Part shown: piece after piece, positions 19,766 to 30,181 of the stretch | How the letters are laid out: each line of letters starts with the position of its first letter | Position numbering within the stretch: position 1 is the stretch's first letter | Assembly: GCA_032161105.1 (NCBI GenBank) | Contig: JAVHTD010000005.1 | DNA from: Candidatus Thermosaccharophagus tengchongensis | GTDB lineage: Bacteria; Armatimonadota; Fervidibacteria; Fervidibacterales; Thermosaccharophagaceae | Length of the DNA: 64,000 bases | Strand: one strand, 5' to 3' | Notes under the pieces: generated by a model | What the model was told of the DNA's origin: nothing | Database searches by the model: none | What the model saw: only the letters and a program-made list of their open reading frames with translations | Made by a program: the position numbers and the translations under genes

Positions 19766-20650
19766 TTAAGCCAACCGCCCCATGCGTGCCGCTATCTCCC
19801 TAAGCCTCGCTATGCGCTCAGGGATAGGTGGGTGAGTGCTGAACAGTTTCCAGATGACATCGCCATATGCCGGATGGACTATGAACATGTGAGCTGTGCT
19901 CGGGTTAGCATCAACCATTGGCAACTGGCGCACCGCAGCATCAAGCTTTGCTAAAGCGCTCGCCAATGAGAGCGGCTTCCCACTCATGTATGCTGCGCCT
20001 TCGTCAGCCATATATTCGCGGGAGCGTGATATGGCGAGTTGAATGATCAACGCTGCAAGCGGCGCGAGAATGATGAGCAGCACAAGGGCAATTAACTGGA
20101 GGACATTGCCATTGCGCTCCCTATCCCTGCCGAACGCCCCGAACCACAGCGCCCATTGTGCCATCCTTGCCAAGACCATGATTGCGCCGGCTATCGTCGC
20201 TGCGATGGCGGAGACAAGCGTATCCCTGTTGCGCACATGGGTCAACTCGTGAGCGAGCACTCCCTCAATTTCGTCCTCATTGAGCAATCTGAGCAACCCC
20301 TCAGTCACAGCAACAGCTGCGTGATGTGGATCTCTTCCTGTGGCGAAGGCATTCGGCTGCATCACTGGGATTATGTAAAGGCGCGGCATTGGCAAGTTGG
20401 CTTTGGCAGTGAGTCGCCGCACGATGGCATGCAAGTGCGGATAACTTGTTGGGTCTGCTTCCCTTGCACGATACATTGCAAGCACGATCTTATCGGAGAA
20501 CCACCATGCACCGAAGTTCATCAGAGCCGCTATTATCAGCGCAAACAGCATCCCGTTTTTGCCGCCAATTAAGTCACCAATCAGGATGAGCAGCCCTGTT
20601 AGTGCACCAAGCAGAAGCACTGTCTTGATCTGATTGCCCATCATCTTCAC
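19766..20650 (-). CDS. htpX: Zinc metalloprotease HtpX
   Basis: Motifs PNAFATGR, HELTH (HEXXH), ISRSREYMAD and FSTHPP. Confidence 0.93.
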   Translation of the reverse strand: MKMMGNQIKTVLLLGALTGLLILIGDLIGGKNGMLFALIIAALMNFGAWWFSDKIVLAMYRAREADPTSYPHLHAIVRRLTAKANLPMPRLYIIPVMQPNAFATGRDPHHAAVAVTEGLLRLLNEDEIEGVLAHELTHVRNRDTLVSAIAATIAGAIMVLARMAQWALWFGAFGRDRERNGNVLQLIALVLLIILAPLAALIIQLAISRSREYMADEGAAYMSGKPLSLASALAKLDAAVRQLPMVDANPSTAHMFIVHPAYGDVIWKLFSTHPPIPERIARLREIAARMGRLA

Positions 20651-20904
20651 CCCGTTGGGCGAGCATTTTCAGCACTGTTGAAATGCAGCCACAAAGCATT
20701 ATAGCGCGAGGCGGTCTCACATTTTGAAGCCCTTGTGAGAACTCCTTTGGAAGCGTCTGGCGCTAACAATGCCGAGTGGATCATTTGCATTAGCTTCACC
20801 GCGAGTGCGTCATCCTAAACTTTGCAAGCAATCGTTGGTGGACTGCGAATCGCCGAATGGGGAGCTCGGCACATAGCTTTTGCGCAAAACGGTTGAAGAG
20901 GGGA

Positions 20905-22833
20905 GTGGTTGCCATCGGGAAGAGCGTTGCGAGAAAAATCATTGACGAGCACATAGTTGAAGGCGAGCCAATCCCGGGACGCGAGATTGCCGTGCGGATT
21001 GACCAGACTTTGATGCAGGATGCGACGGGGACGATGGCATGCCTTGAACTTGAGGCAATGGGTATTGAGCATGTGCGCACAAAGCTGTCAGTTTGCTATG
21101 TTGACCATAACATGCTGCAACTCGGCTTTGAGAATGCCGATGACCATCGCTTCCTTAGGACATTCGCAGCCAAGCACGGCATATATTTCTCTCGCCCCGG
21201 AAATGGCATTTGTCATCAAGTGCACCTTGAGAGGTTTGCCATCCCCGGCGAATCGCTCCTTGGCTCCGACAGCCATACCCCGACTTGTGGTGGAATCGGC
21301 ATGTTAGCCATTGGCGCCGGTGGGCTTGATGTTGCACTCGCTATGGCTGGTGAGCCATTCCGAATGACCATGCCAAAAGTTGTGCTCGTCAAGTTGACCG
21401 GCAAACTGCCAGATTGGGTTTCGGCGAAGGATGTGGCGCTTGAGCTCCTGCGCAGGCTTACGGTAAAGGGCGGCATCGGAAAGCTGTTTGAATACGGCGG
21501 TGACGGTGTGTTGGGGTTGTCCGTCCCAGAGAGAGCCACGATAGCCAACATGGGGACTGAACTTGGGGCAACGACGAGCATTTTCCCGAGTGATGAGCAG
21601 GCGCTCGCATTCCTGCGAGCGCAGGGAAGGGAGGGCGATTGGAGACACATAGTGGCTGATGCGGATGCCGACTACGATGGGCTGATTGAGCTTGACCTAA
21701 GTTCACTTGAGCCATTGGTCGCATGCCCGTCAAGCCCAGATAATGTCAAGCCAGTGAATGAACTTGAAGGGACACCAGTTGACCAAGTCTGCATCGGCAG
21801 CTGCACTAACTCATCCTATCGTGATCTGATGGTGGTTGCCGAAATATTGCGCGGCAAGCGAGTTCACCCAAGGGTGAGCGTTACGCTTTCTCCGGGCTCA
21901 AGGCAAGTTCTGCTCATGCTCGTGCGCAATGGCGCGCTTGCCGAACTGCTTTCAGCTGGCGTTAGGGTGCTTGAATGCGCTTGTGGTCCGTGTGTCGGTA
22001 TGGGGCAAGCGCCACCGAGCGGCGGTGTTTCACTTCGCACATTCAATCGCAACTTCAAGGGCAGGAGTGGGACGAAGGATGACATGGTTTATCTTTGCAG
22101 CCCTGAGGTGGCGGCAGTCGCCGCAATCACTGGCGAGATAACCGACCCGAGGAAATTTGGCGACCCGCCGAGGATAGCCCTGCCAGAGCAATTTGCAATT
22201 GACGACTCGCTCATCATCCCGCCGGCTGATGATCCAAGCGAGGTTGAGGTGATTTTCGGACCGAACATAAAACCGCTTCCAGAGTTTGACCGGCTGCCGC
22301 AAACGCTCGCCGGCACTGTGCTGATCAAGTTGAGGGACAACATCACGACCGATGACATACTCCCCAGCGGCGCGAAGGTTATGGCGCTGCGCTCCAACTT
22401 GCCGGCAATATCCGAGTTTGTGTTTGAGCGCCTTGACCCGGCATTTGTTGAGCGTGCAAAGCTTCGTGGGGGTGGCTTCATTGTCGGTGGCGAAAATTAT
22501 GGGCAGGGTTCAAGCAGGGAGCATGCGGCGCTTGCGCCACGCTATTTGGGCGTGCGCGCAGTCATAGCCAAATCTTTTGCCAGAATACATCACGCCAACT
22601 TGGTCAACTTCGGCATATTGCCGCTCACATTCTCAAGAGACGAGGATTATGACCTCATCTCCTGCGGCGACGAGCTTGAGATGCCAGATGTCATTGGGCG
22701 TCTCAGGGAGGGGCAGCCTATACTCGTGCGCAACCTGAGCAACGGGAGCGAGTTCATGGCTGAGTATTCGCTCACGAGGCGTCAGGTTGAGATCGTCATT
22801 GCCGGCGGCGTGCTTAACATTGCCCGAAGGTGA
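20905..22833 (+). CDS. Aconitate hydratase (single-chain ~640-aa type); exact start uncertain
   Basis: Motifs QDATG, DHN, GSDSHT, IGSCTN, CGPCVGMG, RTFNRNF, TTDDI and NYGQGSSREHAA. Confidence 0.88.
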   Translation: MVAIGKSVARKIIDEHIVEGEPIPGREIAVRIDQTLMQDATGTMACLELEAMGIEHVRTKLSVCYVDHNMLQLGFENADDHRFLRTFAAKHGIYFSRPGNGICHQVHLERFAIPGESLLGSDSHTPTCGGIGMLAIGAGGLDVALAMAGEPFRMTMPKVVLVKLTGKLPDWVSAKDVALELLRRLTVKGGIGKLFEYGGDGVLGLSVPERATIANMGTELGATTSIFPSDEQALAFLRAQGREGDWRHIVADADADYDGLIELDLSSLEPLVACPSSPDNVKPVNELEGTPVDQVCIGSCTNSSYRDLMVVAEILRGKRVHPRVSVTLSPGSRQVLLMLVRNGALAELLSAGVRVLECACGPCVGMGQAPPSGGVSLRTFNRNFKGRSGTKDDMVYLCSPEVAAVAAITGEITDPRKFGDPPRIALPEQFAIDDSLIIPPADDPSEVEVIFGPNIKPLPEFDRLPQTLAGTVLIKLRDNITTDDILPSGAKVMALRSNLPAISEFVFERLDPAFVERAKLRGGGFIVGGENYGQGSSREHAALAPRYLGVRAVIAKSFARIHHANLVNFGILPLTFSRDEDYDLISCGDELEMPDVIGRLREGQPILVRNLSNGSEFMAEYSLTRRQVEIVIAGGVLNIARR

Positions 22834-22848
22834 AGGTTCATCCTGTGA

Positions 22849-24120
22849 GTGGTGATGGCGATGAGGCTCTCCGATGGTGTTGCCGAGGAGGTGCTGGATA
22901 ACGGCTTAAAGGTGTTGGTCAAGGAGGACCACACAACTCCGCTCGCAAGCTGCTACATGTGGTATCGCCTTGGCTCAAGGAATGAACACCCGGGTATAAC
23001 GGGCATATCGCATTGGGTTGAGCATATGCTCTTCAAGGGGACGCCGAGGTTCCCGAAGGAGCTGCTAACGCGCTTGATAGAGCGAAAGGGTGGGCGCTGG
23101 AATGGGTTCACATCGCATGACTATACCGCTTACTTTGAGGACTTGCCCTCAAGCGACATAGAACTTGCGCTGCAAATTGAGTCCGATAGAATGACCAACG
23201 CCATCTTTGACCCGAAGGAAGTTGAGGCTGAGCGGACGGTCATCATAAGCGAGCGCCAAGGCGCAGAGAACCATCCCGAGTTTTTGCTCAGTGAGGCAGT
23301 TCATGCTGTGGCATTTATAGCTCATCCATACCGATGGAGCGTCATCGGGTATGAGTCAGACCTGCGCTCAATAACTCGTGATGAGCTGTTCTCCTATTAT
23401 AAGCGCTACTATGCCCCAAACAACGCCGTTCTTGTCGTCGTCGGGGATGTTAAGGTGGATCGCATAATTGAGCTTGCAAGGAGGCACTTTGGCGAACTGG
23501 CGCGCGGCGAGACACCACCGGAGCCGAGAACAAAAGAGCCGGAGCAAAGGGGCGAAAGGCGCGTTACCGTCAGGAGGGAAGCATACGGCGAGTATGTCTT
23601 TATCGCCTATCACACGCCATCCGCTGCGTGCGAGGATATTCCCGCACTGTGCATCCTTGAAGCCATTCTCAGCATGGGTAAAAGCTCAAGGCTATACCGA
23701 AACTTGGTTGAAGGCAACATAGCAGTTTGGGCAGAAGCTCATTTGCACCTCGCGATAGACCCATCGCTGTTCTGGATGCGCGCTCAGGCGAGGGATGGCA
23801 TCAATGTTGAGCACCTTGAAAGGGCGCTTCTAACAGAGGTTGAGCGCATCGTTCAAGACGGAGTTACGGCTCAGGAGCTCCAAAGAGCCTTAAGCCAAGT
23901 GGAAGCCTCCTTCATCTACTCTCAGGAAGGCGTCTCAATGAGGGCGATGCAGCTCGGCTTCTTTGAAATCCTCTCAAGCTACAAATACGCCGATGAGTTG
24001 CTTGAGCGCGTGAGGGCTGTGAGTGCCGACGAAGTGCAAGCGGTGGCTCAGCGCTACTTGCACGAGGACAATCGCACTGTCGGGCACTTCATACCGACTT
24101 CATCTGGAAGGTCATCTTAA
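22849..24120 (+). CDS. M16 (insulinase/pitrilysin) peptidase, catalytic subunit
   Basis: Inverted zinc motif HWVEH (HXXEH), plus NGFTSHDYTAY and YYAPNNA. Confidence 0.9.
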   Translation: MVMAMRLSDGVAEEVLDNGLKVLVKEDHTTPLASCYMWYRLGSRNEHPGITGISHWVEHMLFKGTPRFPKELLTRLIERKGGRWNGFTSHDYTAYFEDLPSSDIELALQIESDRMTNAIFDPKEVEAERTVIISERQGAENHPEFLLSEAVHAVAFIAHPYRWSVIGYESDLRSITRDELFSYYKRYYAPNNAVLVVVGDVKVDRIIELARRHFGELARGETPPEPRTKEPEQRGERRVTVRREAYGEYVFIAYHTPSAACEDIPALCILEAILSMGKSSRLYRNLVEGNIAVWAEAHLHLAIDPSLFWMRAQARDGINVEHLERALLTEVERIVQDGVTAQELQRALSQVEASFIYSQEGVSMRAMQLGFFEILSSYKYADELLERVRAVSADEVQAVAQRYLHEDNRTVGHFIPTSSGRSS

Positions 24121-24126
24121 GCGAAT

Positions 24127-25476
24127 GTGGAAGTTACTCAGGCATGCCTCAACGGGGTGAGTGGGATGAGGTCTCACTTATGGTGCATGGGTGGTATACC
24201 CTCCACATCGCCCATACATTGCGAGCCGATAGTCCATGTGCTTGATAACGGCATTACGGTCATCGCCGTTGAAAGGCGCAATCACCCGAGCGTGGCGATT
24301 TGCAGCTCCTTTGTGGCTGGGAGCATCAGGGATGCGCATGGCATGCGCGGCTTGGCAAATTTAACATCGCAAATGATTACGAGGGGGACGGCGAAACGCA
24401 CATGGGTTCAAATTGCTGAGGAACTTGAGGATGTTGGAGCTCGCATATGGACTTGGTGCTCTCACGACTTTTCTGGCGTTGGTGTGAGCTGCCTTTCAAA
24501 GCATGTTGAGCGATCAATGGATGTGCTTTCGGATGTGTTGCTCAATCCATCTTTCCCGAGTGATGAGCTTGAAAAATGCAAGCTGCGCACAATAACACAG
24601 CTGCACACCCTTGATGACGATCCGTGGGCAGTTGCGGCAAAGATGATGCGCAAAGCGCTGTATCCCGAAGGGCATCCATACCGATATTTTTCGGAGGGGG
24701 AAGCGGAGGACATCCAGAAGCTGGATAGAGATGCGCTTTGCGAATTTCATCGGCGTTGGTATCGCCCGCATGGAGCTGCATTAGCCATCATTGGTGACAT
24801 CGCGCCAGATGAGGCAATCAAGTTGGCACAGCGTTATTTGGGCGAGTGGGAGGCTGGTATTGGTGAAGTTGAAGTGGGGGGCGTCTTGGAGGTCCAGCCG
24901 CAACCACCCAAATTTGAAGTCCGAACTATGGCTGACAAATCACAGGTTGCAGTCATGCTTGGTCAGCTCTGCGTGAGCAGGCGTGACGCTGACTATTATG
25001 CCCTCAGCGTCTTCAACTGCATTCTCGGCGGCAGCGCAGGCATCGGAAGGTTGTTCAATAGAGTTAGAGGTGAAGAGGGGCTCGCATACAGCGTTTGGTC
25101 GCGCATCTCGGGGCGATTGGGCAAAGGGATGTTTATAGCGGGTGCTGGCGTTGCTCCGGATAATGTCAAGAGGGCGATTGAGAGCATGCGGAATCAGATT
25201 AGGGCAATGTGCTCCGATGAGCCGCCAAACCAGGAGGAGCTGAACGACGCTGTTAATTACATCGTTGGCAGCTTCATCTTCCGTATTGAGACAAATGCGG
25301 GCATGGCTCAGGCGCTGTTGGATGCGCACATGTATGGACTTGGAGTTGACTACCTGAAAAGGCGAGAGGAGATATACCGCTCAATTACGCTTGAGCAGGT
25401 GATTGAAGCCGCTCAAAGGCACATCAGCGTTGATTCGCTCTCGGTAGCTGTGGCAGGACCTTGGAGTGAAAAGTGA
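24127..25476 (+). CDS. M16 peptidase, non-catalytic partner subunit (start uncertain)
   Basis: M16 fold lacking HXXEH. Has the RLFNRVRGEEGLAYS R/Y motif and lies tandem to the catalytic subunit. Confidence 0.85.
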   Translation: MEVTQACLNGVSGMRSHLWCMGGIPSTSPIHCEPIVHVLDNGITVIAVERRNHPSVAICSSFVAGSIRDAHGMRGLANLTSQMITRGTAKRTWVQIAEELEDVGARIWTWCSHDFSGVGVSCLSKHVERSMDVLSDVLLNPSFPSDELEKCKLRTITQLHTLDDDPWAVAAKMMRKALYPEGHPYRYFSEGEAEDIQKLDRDALCEFHRRWYRPHGAALAIIGDIAPDEAIKLAQRYLGEWEAGIGEVEVGGVLEVQPQPPKFEVRTMADKSQVAVMLGQLCVSRRDADYYALSVFNCILGGSAGIGRLFNRVRGEEGLAYSVWSRISGRLGKGMFIAGAGVAPDNVKRAIESMRNQIRAMCSDEPPNQEELNDAVNYIVGSFIFRIETNAGMAQALLDAHMYGLGVDYLKRREEIYRSITLEQVIEAAQRHISVDSLSVAVAGPWSEK

Positions 25477-26285
25477 TGGGCGTCATTTTTGATTCGCTCA
25501 GCAGCATCATCCGTTATAGGCAGCTCATTTATGTGCTCGTTTGGCGCGAGTTGCGCCTCCGCTACAAGCGAACCGTCCTTGGGATACTTTGGTCACTTGC
25601 GCCACCAATTGCGCAGGTGCTCATACTTGTTATCGTCGTTGAGCACTTCTTCAAGCGCGACCTGCCCAACATATCGGCATACTTCATGTGCGTCGTTTTT
25701 GCGTGGCAATTCTTTAGCGCCTCAATACTTGATGGGTGCTCATCACTCCTTCAACACGGCTCATTGGTCAAGGCTTTCCCCTTCCCGAGAGAAGTCTTGC
25801 CGTTTGTTTCCGTCCTGAGCAACTTGGTTCACTTCCTCATAAGCATGCTCGTTCTCCTTGTCTATTTGCTCGCTTTAAAGGTTCACCTCCAAACGAGGGC
25901 GCTCTTTGTTCCAGTCATCATTATCGGTCAAGTGATGCTCTCCACAGGTTTAGCGCTCATGCTTTCCTGCTGGACAGTCTACTACCACGATGTGAAGTTC
26001 ATCGCGGACACGGCACTTAAGTGGCTTTATTTTGCGGTGCCGATCATGTATTTCCTTGAGGATGTGCCGCATGGCTGGCTTCGCTTTTACTTGCTTAACC
26101 CAGTGGCTGTCTACATTGACGCATACAGGCGCTTGCTCATGTATCCGCCACCGCTTCCAAACAGGCAAGCGCTGCCGATTGATTGGATGCACATCATCAT
26201 GGCGCTGATGACTTCCGCCATCGTTCTCCTCCTCGGTCTCCTCATCTTCCGAAAGCATTCCGACAAGCTCGCTGAGTGGCTTTAA
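25473..26285 (+). CDS. ABC-2 polysaccharide export permease (Wzm/TagG-like)
   Basis: Motifs RELRLRYKRTVLGILWSL, YHDVKF, PIMY and LLNPVA. Overlaps the upstream gene at GTGA. Confidence 0.82.
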   Translation: MMGVIFDSLSSIIRYRQLIYVLVWRELRLRYKRTVLGILWSLAPPIAQVLILVIVVEHFFKRDLPNISAYFMCVVFAWQFFSASILDGCSSLLQHGSLVKAFPFPREVLPFVSVLSNLVHFLISMLVLLVYLLALKVHLQTRALFVPVIIIGQVMLSTGLALMLSCWTVYYHDVKFIADTALKWLYFAVPIMYFLEDVPHGWLRFYLLNPVAVYIDAYRRLLMYPPPLPNRQALPIDWMHIIMALMTSAIVLLLGLLIFRKHSDKLAEWL

Positions 26286-26324
26286 AAATTTTTCGCGGGA
26301 AAAGCGCGGCTTGAAATTGGCACC

Positions 26325-29300
26325 TCATCGGCTTGCGTCCTCTCCCTGCATAAACCGAACCATATCAAGCGGCTTGAGCTGAGTTGGCTCATCAAGCCAC
26401 TTTAGGAAGACTTTCACAGCTTGCGATTTGGTCATCTCGCGTCCTATAAGCCTTTCACACAGCGATTTCAAGCTCCTCACGGCGATCGGCGTCGGCGATA
26501 TTGCCGCATTGATGCACTCAATCACATCGTCGCTGAGCGCTTCAAGCCAGACATCATTACTCTCGCTCGCGCTCAAGCTCAGCAGGCGCTTCAACCGCTG
26601 CCTCGTGATGGATGTCGGAAGGCGTTCCATGAATGATTCAACTTTGCCCCTCAAATCTGGTGCAAGGAGGCGCCCCTTGCACTCATCGGCTATCTCCTCA
26701 ATCCGCTTTTCCATCTCCTCAGGCGGTGTTAGGGAGAGGTGTTCGCCGAGCATCAGCTTGCAGCTCTGGCACACTGGCGAGTCACGAAGCTGGCGCATAA
26801 GCTGCTCTTTTGTGACGGTGCATCGCTTTGACAGTTCGGCTCCGATTGCCCTAATCGCCTCAGCAGCGCCCATCACCTGCAGGCGTAGCTGCGCCGCTCT
26901 GCTGAGCAGCCTGAAGGCGCTGTGATGCCTGAGCTTGATGTATGGCTCAAAGCGTGAGGCGTTATGTTCATTCTCGTGGTGTGTCAAATATTGCTCCGTG
27001 TAATTGCGGAGCAACTCCTCCCAAGACGAGATGAGCCAATCAAGCTTGCCCAAGATGACTTCACCTTCATCAATGCTCTCAACCAAGCGCTCTGAGAGCA
27101 CTTTCAGTTCATCGCTGAGCCTCAAATTCGCGCTCGTTAGCCAAGCGTGTATTTTCCGCAGCTCGCCGCACTTTGCCAGCGAGTTGTAAATTTGAACGCA
27201 CACATCCCATGCTGACTTGAGTTCATCTTCGCTCACTCCGTTGGCGTGGAGGGTTGCAACCCATCCTTTGAGACCATCATGCGGCATCAGCTCATCTGAT
27301 ATGGCGCTTACGGCTACACTTACAGTCCCAATGGCATTGAGCGATTGAGACCACATGGCGCTGCTGTGTTGCAGTTGCGTCATTAGCGTGACCAATTCGC
27401 CGTGCGCCCGTTCGCACATTTCGGATGCATGTCCCTTCCACGAGGTGAGGTTTCTCCAGAGCACTTGAACTGCAGCTGGATGAGGGGAGCCCTCAACTTT
27501 TGGTGGCGGTATTTGGATGGCGCTCGCATACGAAGTTACGGCTTCCCAAGTTTCTCGGTCAACGAGCGGTGCTGCGCTTAATGCTGCCACTTGCCTGTGG
27601 AGTGGTGAGCCAAGCCGTTGCGGCAGCAACGGTGAGCCGTATCTGTCATGCGCCATAACCTCGCCACGCCTGAGCAGCGCCGCAATGAGCAATTCAAGCT
27701 GCTCATCACGGAGCCCATACTCGCTTTTACGGGCTGTAGCGGCAAGCTGCTCATATGCAATTGGCGCATCCAAGCTGGCTATTAGCTCGCATATGAGCTT
27801 TAAAGCGCCCTCGCATGGTGCAGCGCCATCAAGCACCTGTGTAGTTATTCCGAGCGGCATTGCAACGCATCTCCAAAGCTCCTTCAGGTCGGCGCTCAGC
27901 CTTTGCGGGTTCTCACCAGCTAAGATTGAGTTGATGAGCCTTTTATGTTCGTCCGAGGGGCGCAACGGTGAGCGTGGTGCAACGGATGTAAACTGGGGGA
28001 AGACCTTCGGAACAGATGCGCCAGCGATTGCCACAAGGACATCGCTAAGGGATGCCTCAGTCGGTATGAGCGCCGATATGGGGAGCTTCCTTTCACCGAC
28101 GAGCAATGTGCCGCCTAAGTATGCATTGCGCATTATCCGCTGCGTCTCATTTGCCCTTGCAGTCTCCTCCTCCCGCAAGCGCTTGTATATTGCCATTCCA
28201 ATGTCGCTATCCCTGAGCGATGGGTCGTTTATCAGGATTGATGCAGCAGCGTTTTCCGTCAGGCGAATCATCTCGCCTCTGCCGATTGTTTTCGGGATGA
28301 GAATGGCTATTGCGAACTTGAACCGATTCTCCTCAAGTGAGCGCAGCAGCTCCGCAGCGCACTTAACTTGCTCATCTGTTGCGATTGGCGGCGCGATGAG
28401 AATGTGGATATCGTAAGTGCACGATGGGGAAGCGATATGGTGTTGAAGTCTGAGCAGCCACTCAGCTGTAACCTCCCTCAGGTCAATGCACTGCAGCATG
28501 AGATTGAACTGCGCATTTTGCCACTCAACTGCCGCTGTTCGCCCAAAGCCGATTTGCGGCATTGGCAGCGGTGATGTTGACATCGCCCTTAACGCATATT
28601 CAATCACCCTGATGTCCCCTTCCGAGAGTGTGTCAATTAACGCCTGCAGCCTCCGCCGAAGCATTTCCGTTGTGGTTGCGCCCAAGTCAACGGAATACAC
28701 ATCGCCGTAATCTTCCTCACGCCTGAGGCAGTCAATGTAGTTTGCGCTCATGCGCAATGTCTCCAGCAGCGAGAGCATGTAGCTGTAGTTCATTTCGGCA
28801 CCCAAGCCCAAGTCCCAAAGGAATGTGTGAGAGAGCTTCCTCACTGGCGCATCCATGCCCGCAATCTTGAATGCCACAAGCGCCCTCACAAGCTTCCTCA
28901 CAGCTTCCTTTCGCTCGGGGAAAAGTTCGCCCACCCTCTCATCAAGGTGAGGGACAACTTCGTCGGCGTATGAGTGCAGTTCGGGATGTGAAAGGATGTC
29001 GGCGTAAAAGTGCTCGTAGATTGCGTCTGGAGTGATTAGTTGAAATGCATCACAGTCGGCAAGGCGCATCGCTTGACTTTGAACGAAATCAACGATTGAG
29101 CGAGTCCTTGAGAAGAATCGTCCAGCGGCTCTCTCAAGGCATGCGAGCGTGAACGGGTGCAGCGGATAGCACGCCATCAATTCCTCAGCGCTGAATTCAA
29201 TCATGGGGAAGGCTTGTGTGAGTTTTCGGTGCCATTGGAGCATGAGTTGTGTGAACTGGCGCTCGTCCTTCAGCGGGAGCAAGTTCCTTCGTATGAGCTG

Positions 29301-30101
29301 GCGTGCATGCGCAAACGAAAGCGCATAGCGCACATATCTGTCCTTGATTTGCGTTATGGAATACGGCTCAAGCTCACCGAGCTCCTCAACTGTTCGTTGT
29401 ATGGCTGCGATCAACCATGTATGCGAGCGCTGGCAATATTGCGCGATGAATTGAAGGAATGACGCATCAGCTTGCAGTTGGCTGTGTTCCTTTGCCTGAA
29501 GAAACATTGAGAGCTCATCAATGAGCCAAAGCATGCGCTCATACCCAAGCTCATTTGCAGCCCTTTGAAGTGCTCCGAGCGCCTCAGCACGCGATGGCGG
29601 CATTTTGGTCGGCAGATTTTGAGTTGCCTTGTGAGGGTGAATTCGCCTCAGCGATGCGACGGTCTCTTCCCAGAGAATTTGCTCAAGCGGCGCTTTTGGG
29701 GAATAGGAATCCAAGCTGATGAATGTGACCAACCACTTGTGCTTAGCGATTTCGCTCACCAATTTGGCATAGCGTTCGTGCGAGCGCGTGAAGAGCTCTC
29801 TCGCCCATTGGAACTGGCAGAGGAGCCCGATGATGGCGAGCATATGGCTTTTCCCCGTCCCGAACGCGCCGCTAACCATGTATGCGCAGCCATTCGCTTT
29901 GCTCATGCCCGTGAGTATGCCCTCAATTGCGGCTTCATTTGCCCCGTGAACGACGAGGTATGATGCCGTGATTTCTCGCAGCGCCTCTTGCCTTGCCCCT
30001 TCAAGTTCGGCGTGAGCGGCATGTGAGATGCTGGCGAGTTGAATTACGGTTGGCACGCCCCTTATCTCCACTAAGTCGCCAATTCGCATGAGAGGATTCA
30101 C
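26325..30101 (-). CDS. Large P-loop ATPase, DUF6079 / BREX BrxC-like
   Basis: N-terminus MRIGDLVEI..TVIQL, Walker A GAFGTGKSH, Walker B LWLIDEL, YPLHP, a coiled-coil middle and a C-terminal C..PVCQSC cluster. Confidence 0.7.
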   Translation of the reverse strand: MNPLMRIGDLVEIRGVPTVIQLASISHAAHAELEGARQEALREITASYLVVHGANEAAIEGILTGMSKANGCAYMVSGAFGTGKSHMLAIIGLLCQFQWARELFTRSHERYAKLVSEIAKHKWLVTFISLDSYSPKAPLEQILWEETVASLRRIHPHKATQNLPTKMPPSRAEALGALQRAANELGYERMLWLIDELSMFLQAKEHSQLQADASFLQFIAQYCQRSHTWLIAAIQRTVEELGELEPYSITQIKDRYVRYALSFAHARQLIRRNLLPLKDERQFTQLMLQWHRKLTQAFPMIEFSAEELMACYPLHPFTLACLERAAGRFFSRTRSIVDFVQSQAMRLADCDAFQLITPDAIYEHFYADILSHPELHSYADEVVPHLDERVGELFPERKEAVRKLVRALVAFKIAGMDAPVRKLSHTFLWDLGLGAEMNYSYMLSLLETLRMSANYIDCLRREEDYGDVYSVDLGATTTEMLRRRLQALIDTLSEGDIRVIEYALRAMSTSPLPMPQIGFGRTAAVEWQNAQFNLMLQCIDLREVTAEWLLRLQHHIASPSCTYDIHILIAPPIATDEQVKCAAELLRSLEENRFKFAIAILIPKTIGRGEMIRLTENAAASILINDPSLRDSDIGMAIYKRLREEETARANETQRIMRNAYLGGTLLVGERKLPISALIPTEASLSDVLVAIAGASVPKVFPQFTSVAPRSPLRPSDEHKRLINSILAGENPQRLSADLKELWRCVAMPLGITTQVLDGAAPCEGALKLICELIASLDAPIAYEQLAATARKSEYGLRDEQLELLIAALLRRGEVMAHDRYGSPLLPQRLGSPLHRQVAALSAAPLVDRETWEAVTSYASAIQIPPPKVEGSPHPAAVQVLWRNLTSWKGHASEMCERAHGELVTLMTQLQHSSAMWSQSLNAIGTVSVAVSAISDELMPHDGLKGWVATLHANGVSEDELKSAWDVCVQIYNSLAKCGELRKIHAWLTSANLRLSDELKVLSERLVESIDEGEVILGKLDWLISSWEELLRNYTEQYLTHHENEHNASRFEPYIKLRHHSAFRLLSRAAQLRLQVMGAAEAIRAIGAELSKRCTVTKEQLMRQLRDSPVCQSCKLMLGEHLSLTPPEEMEKRIEEIADECKGRLLAPDLRGKVESFMERLPTSITRQRLKRLLSLSASESNDVWLEALSDDVIECINAAISPTPIAVRSLKSLCERLIGREMTKSQAVKVFLKWLDEPTQLKPLDMVRFMQGEDASR

Positions 30102-30181
30102 CCCCTTCCGAATGCTATCACGAGATGGCTATGTGTGGTATCATCACTTGCAGCTTAAGGGCTGCTTTGGAGGTGAGATTC

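Noticed and set aside
27517..28416. 299-aa plus-strand ORF
   Set aside because: Antisense shadow inside the DUF6079-like ATPase gene.
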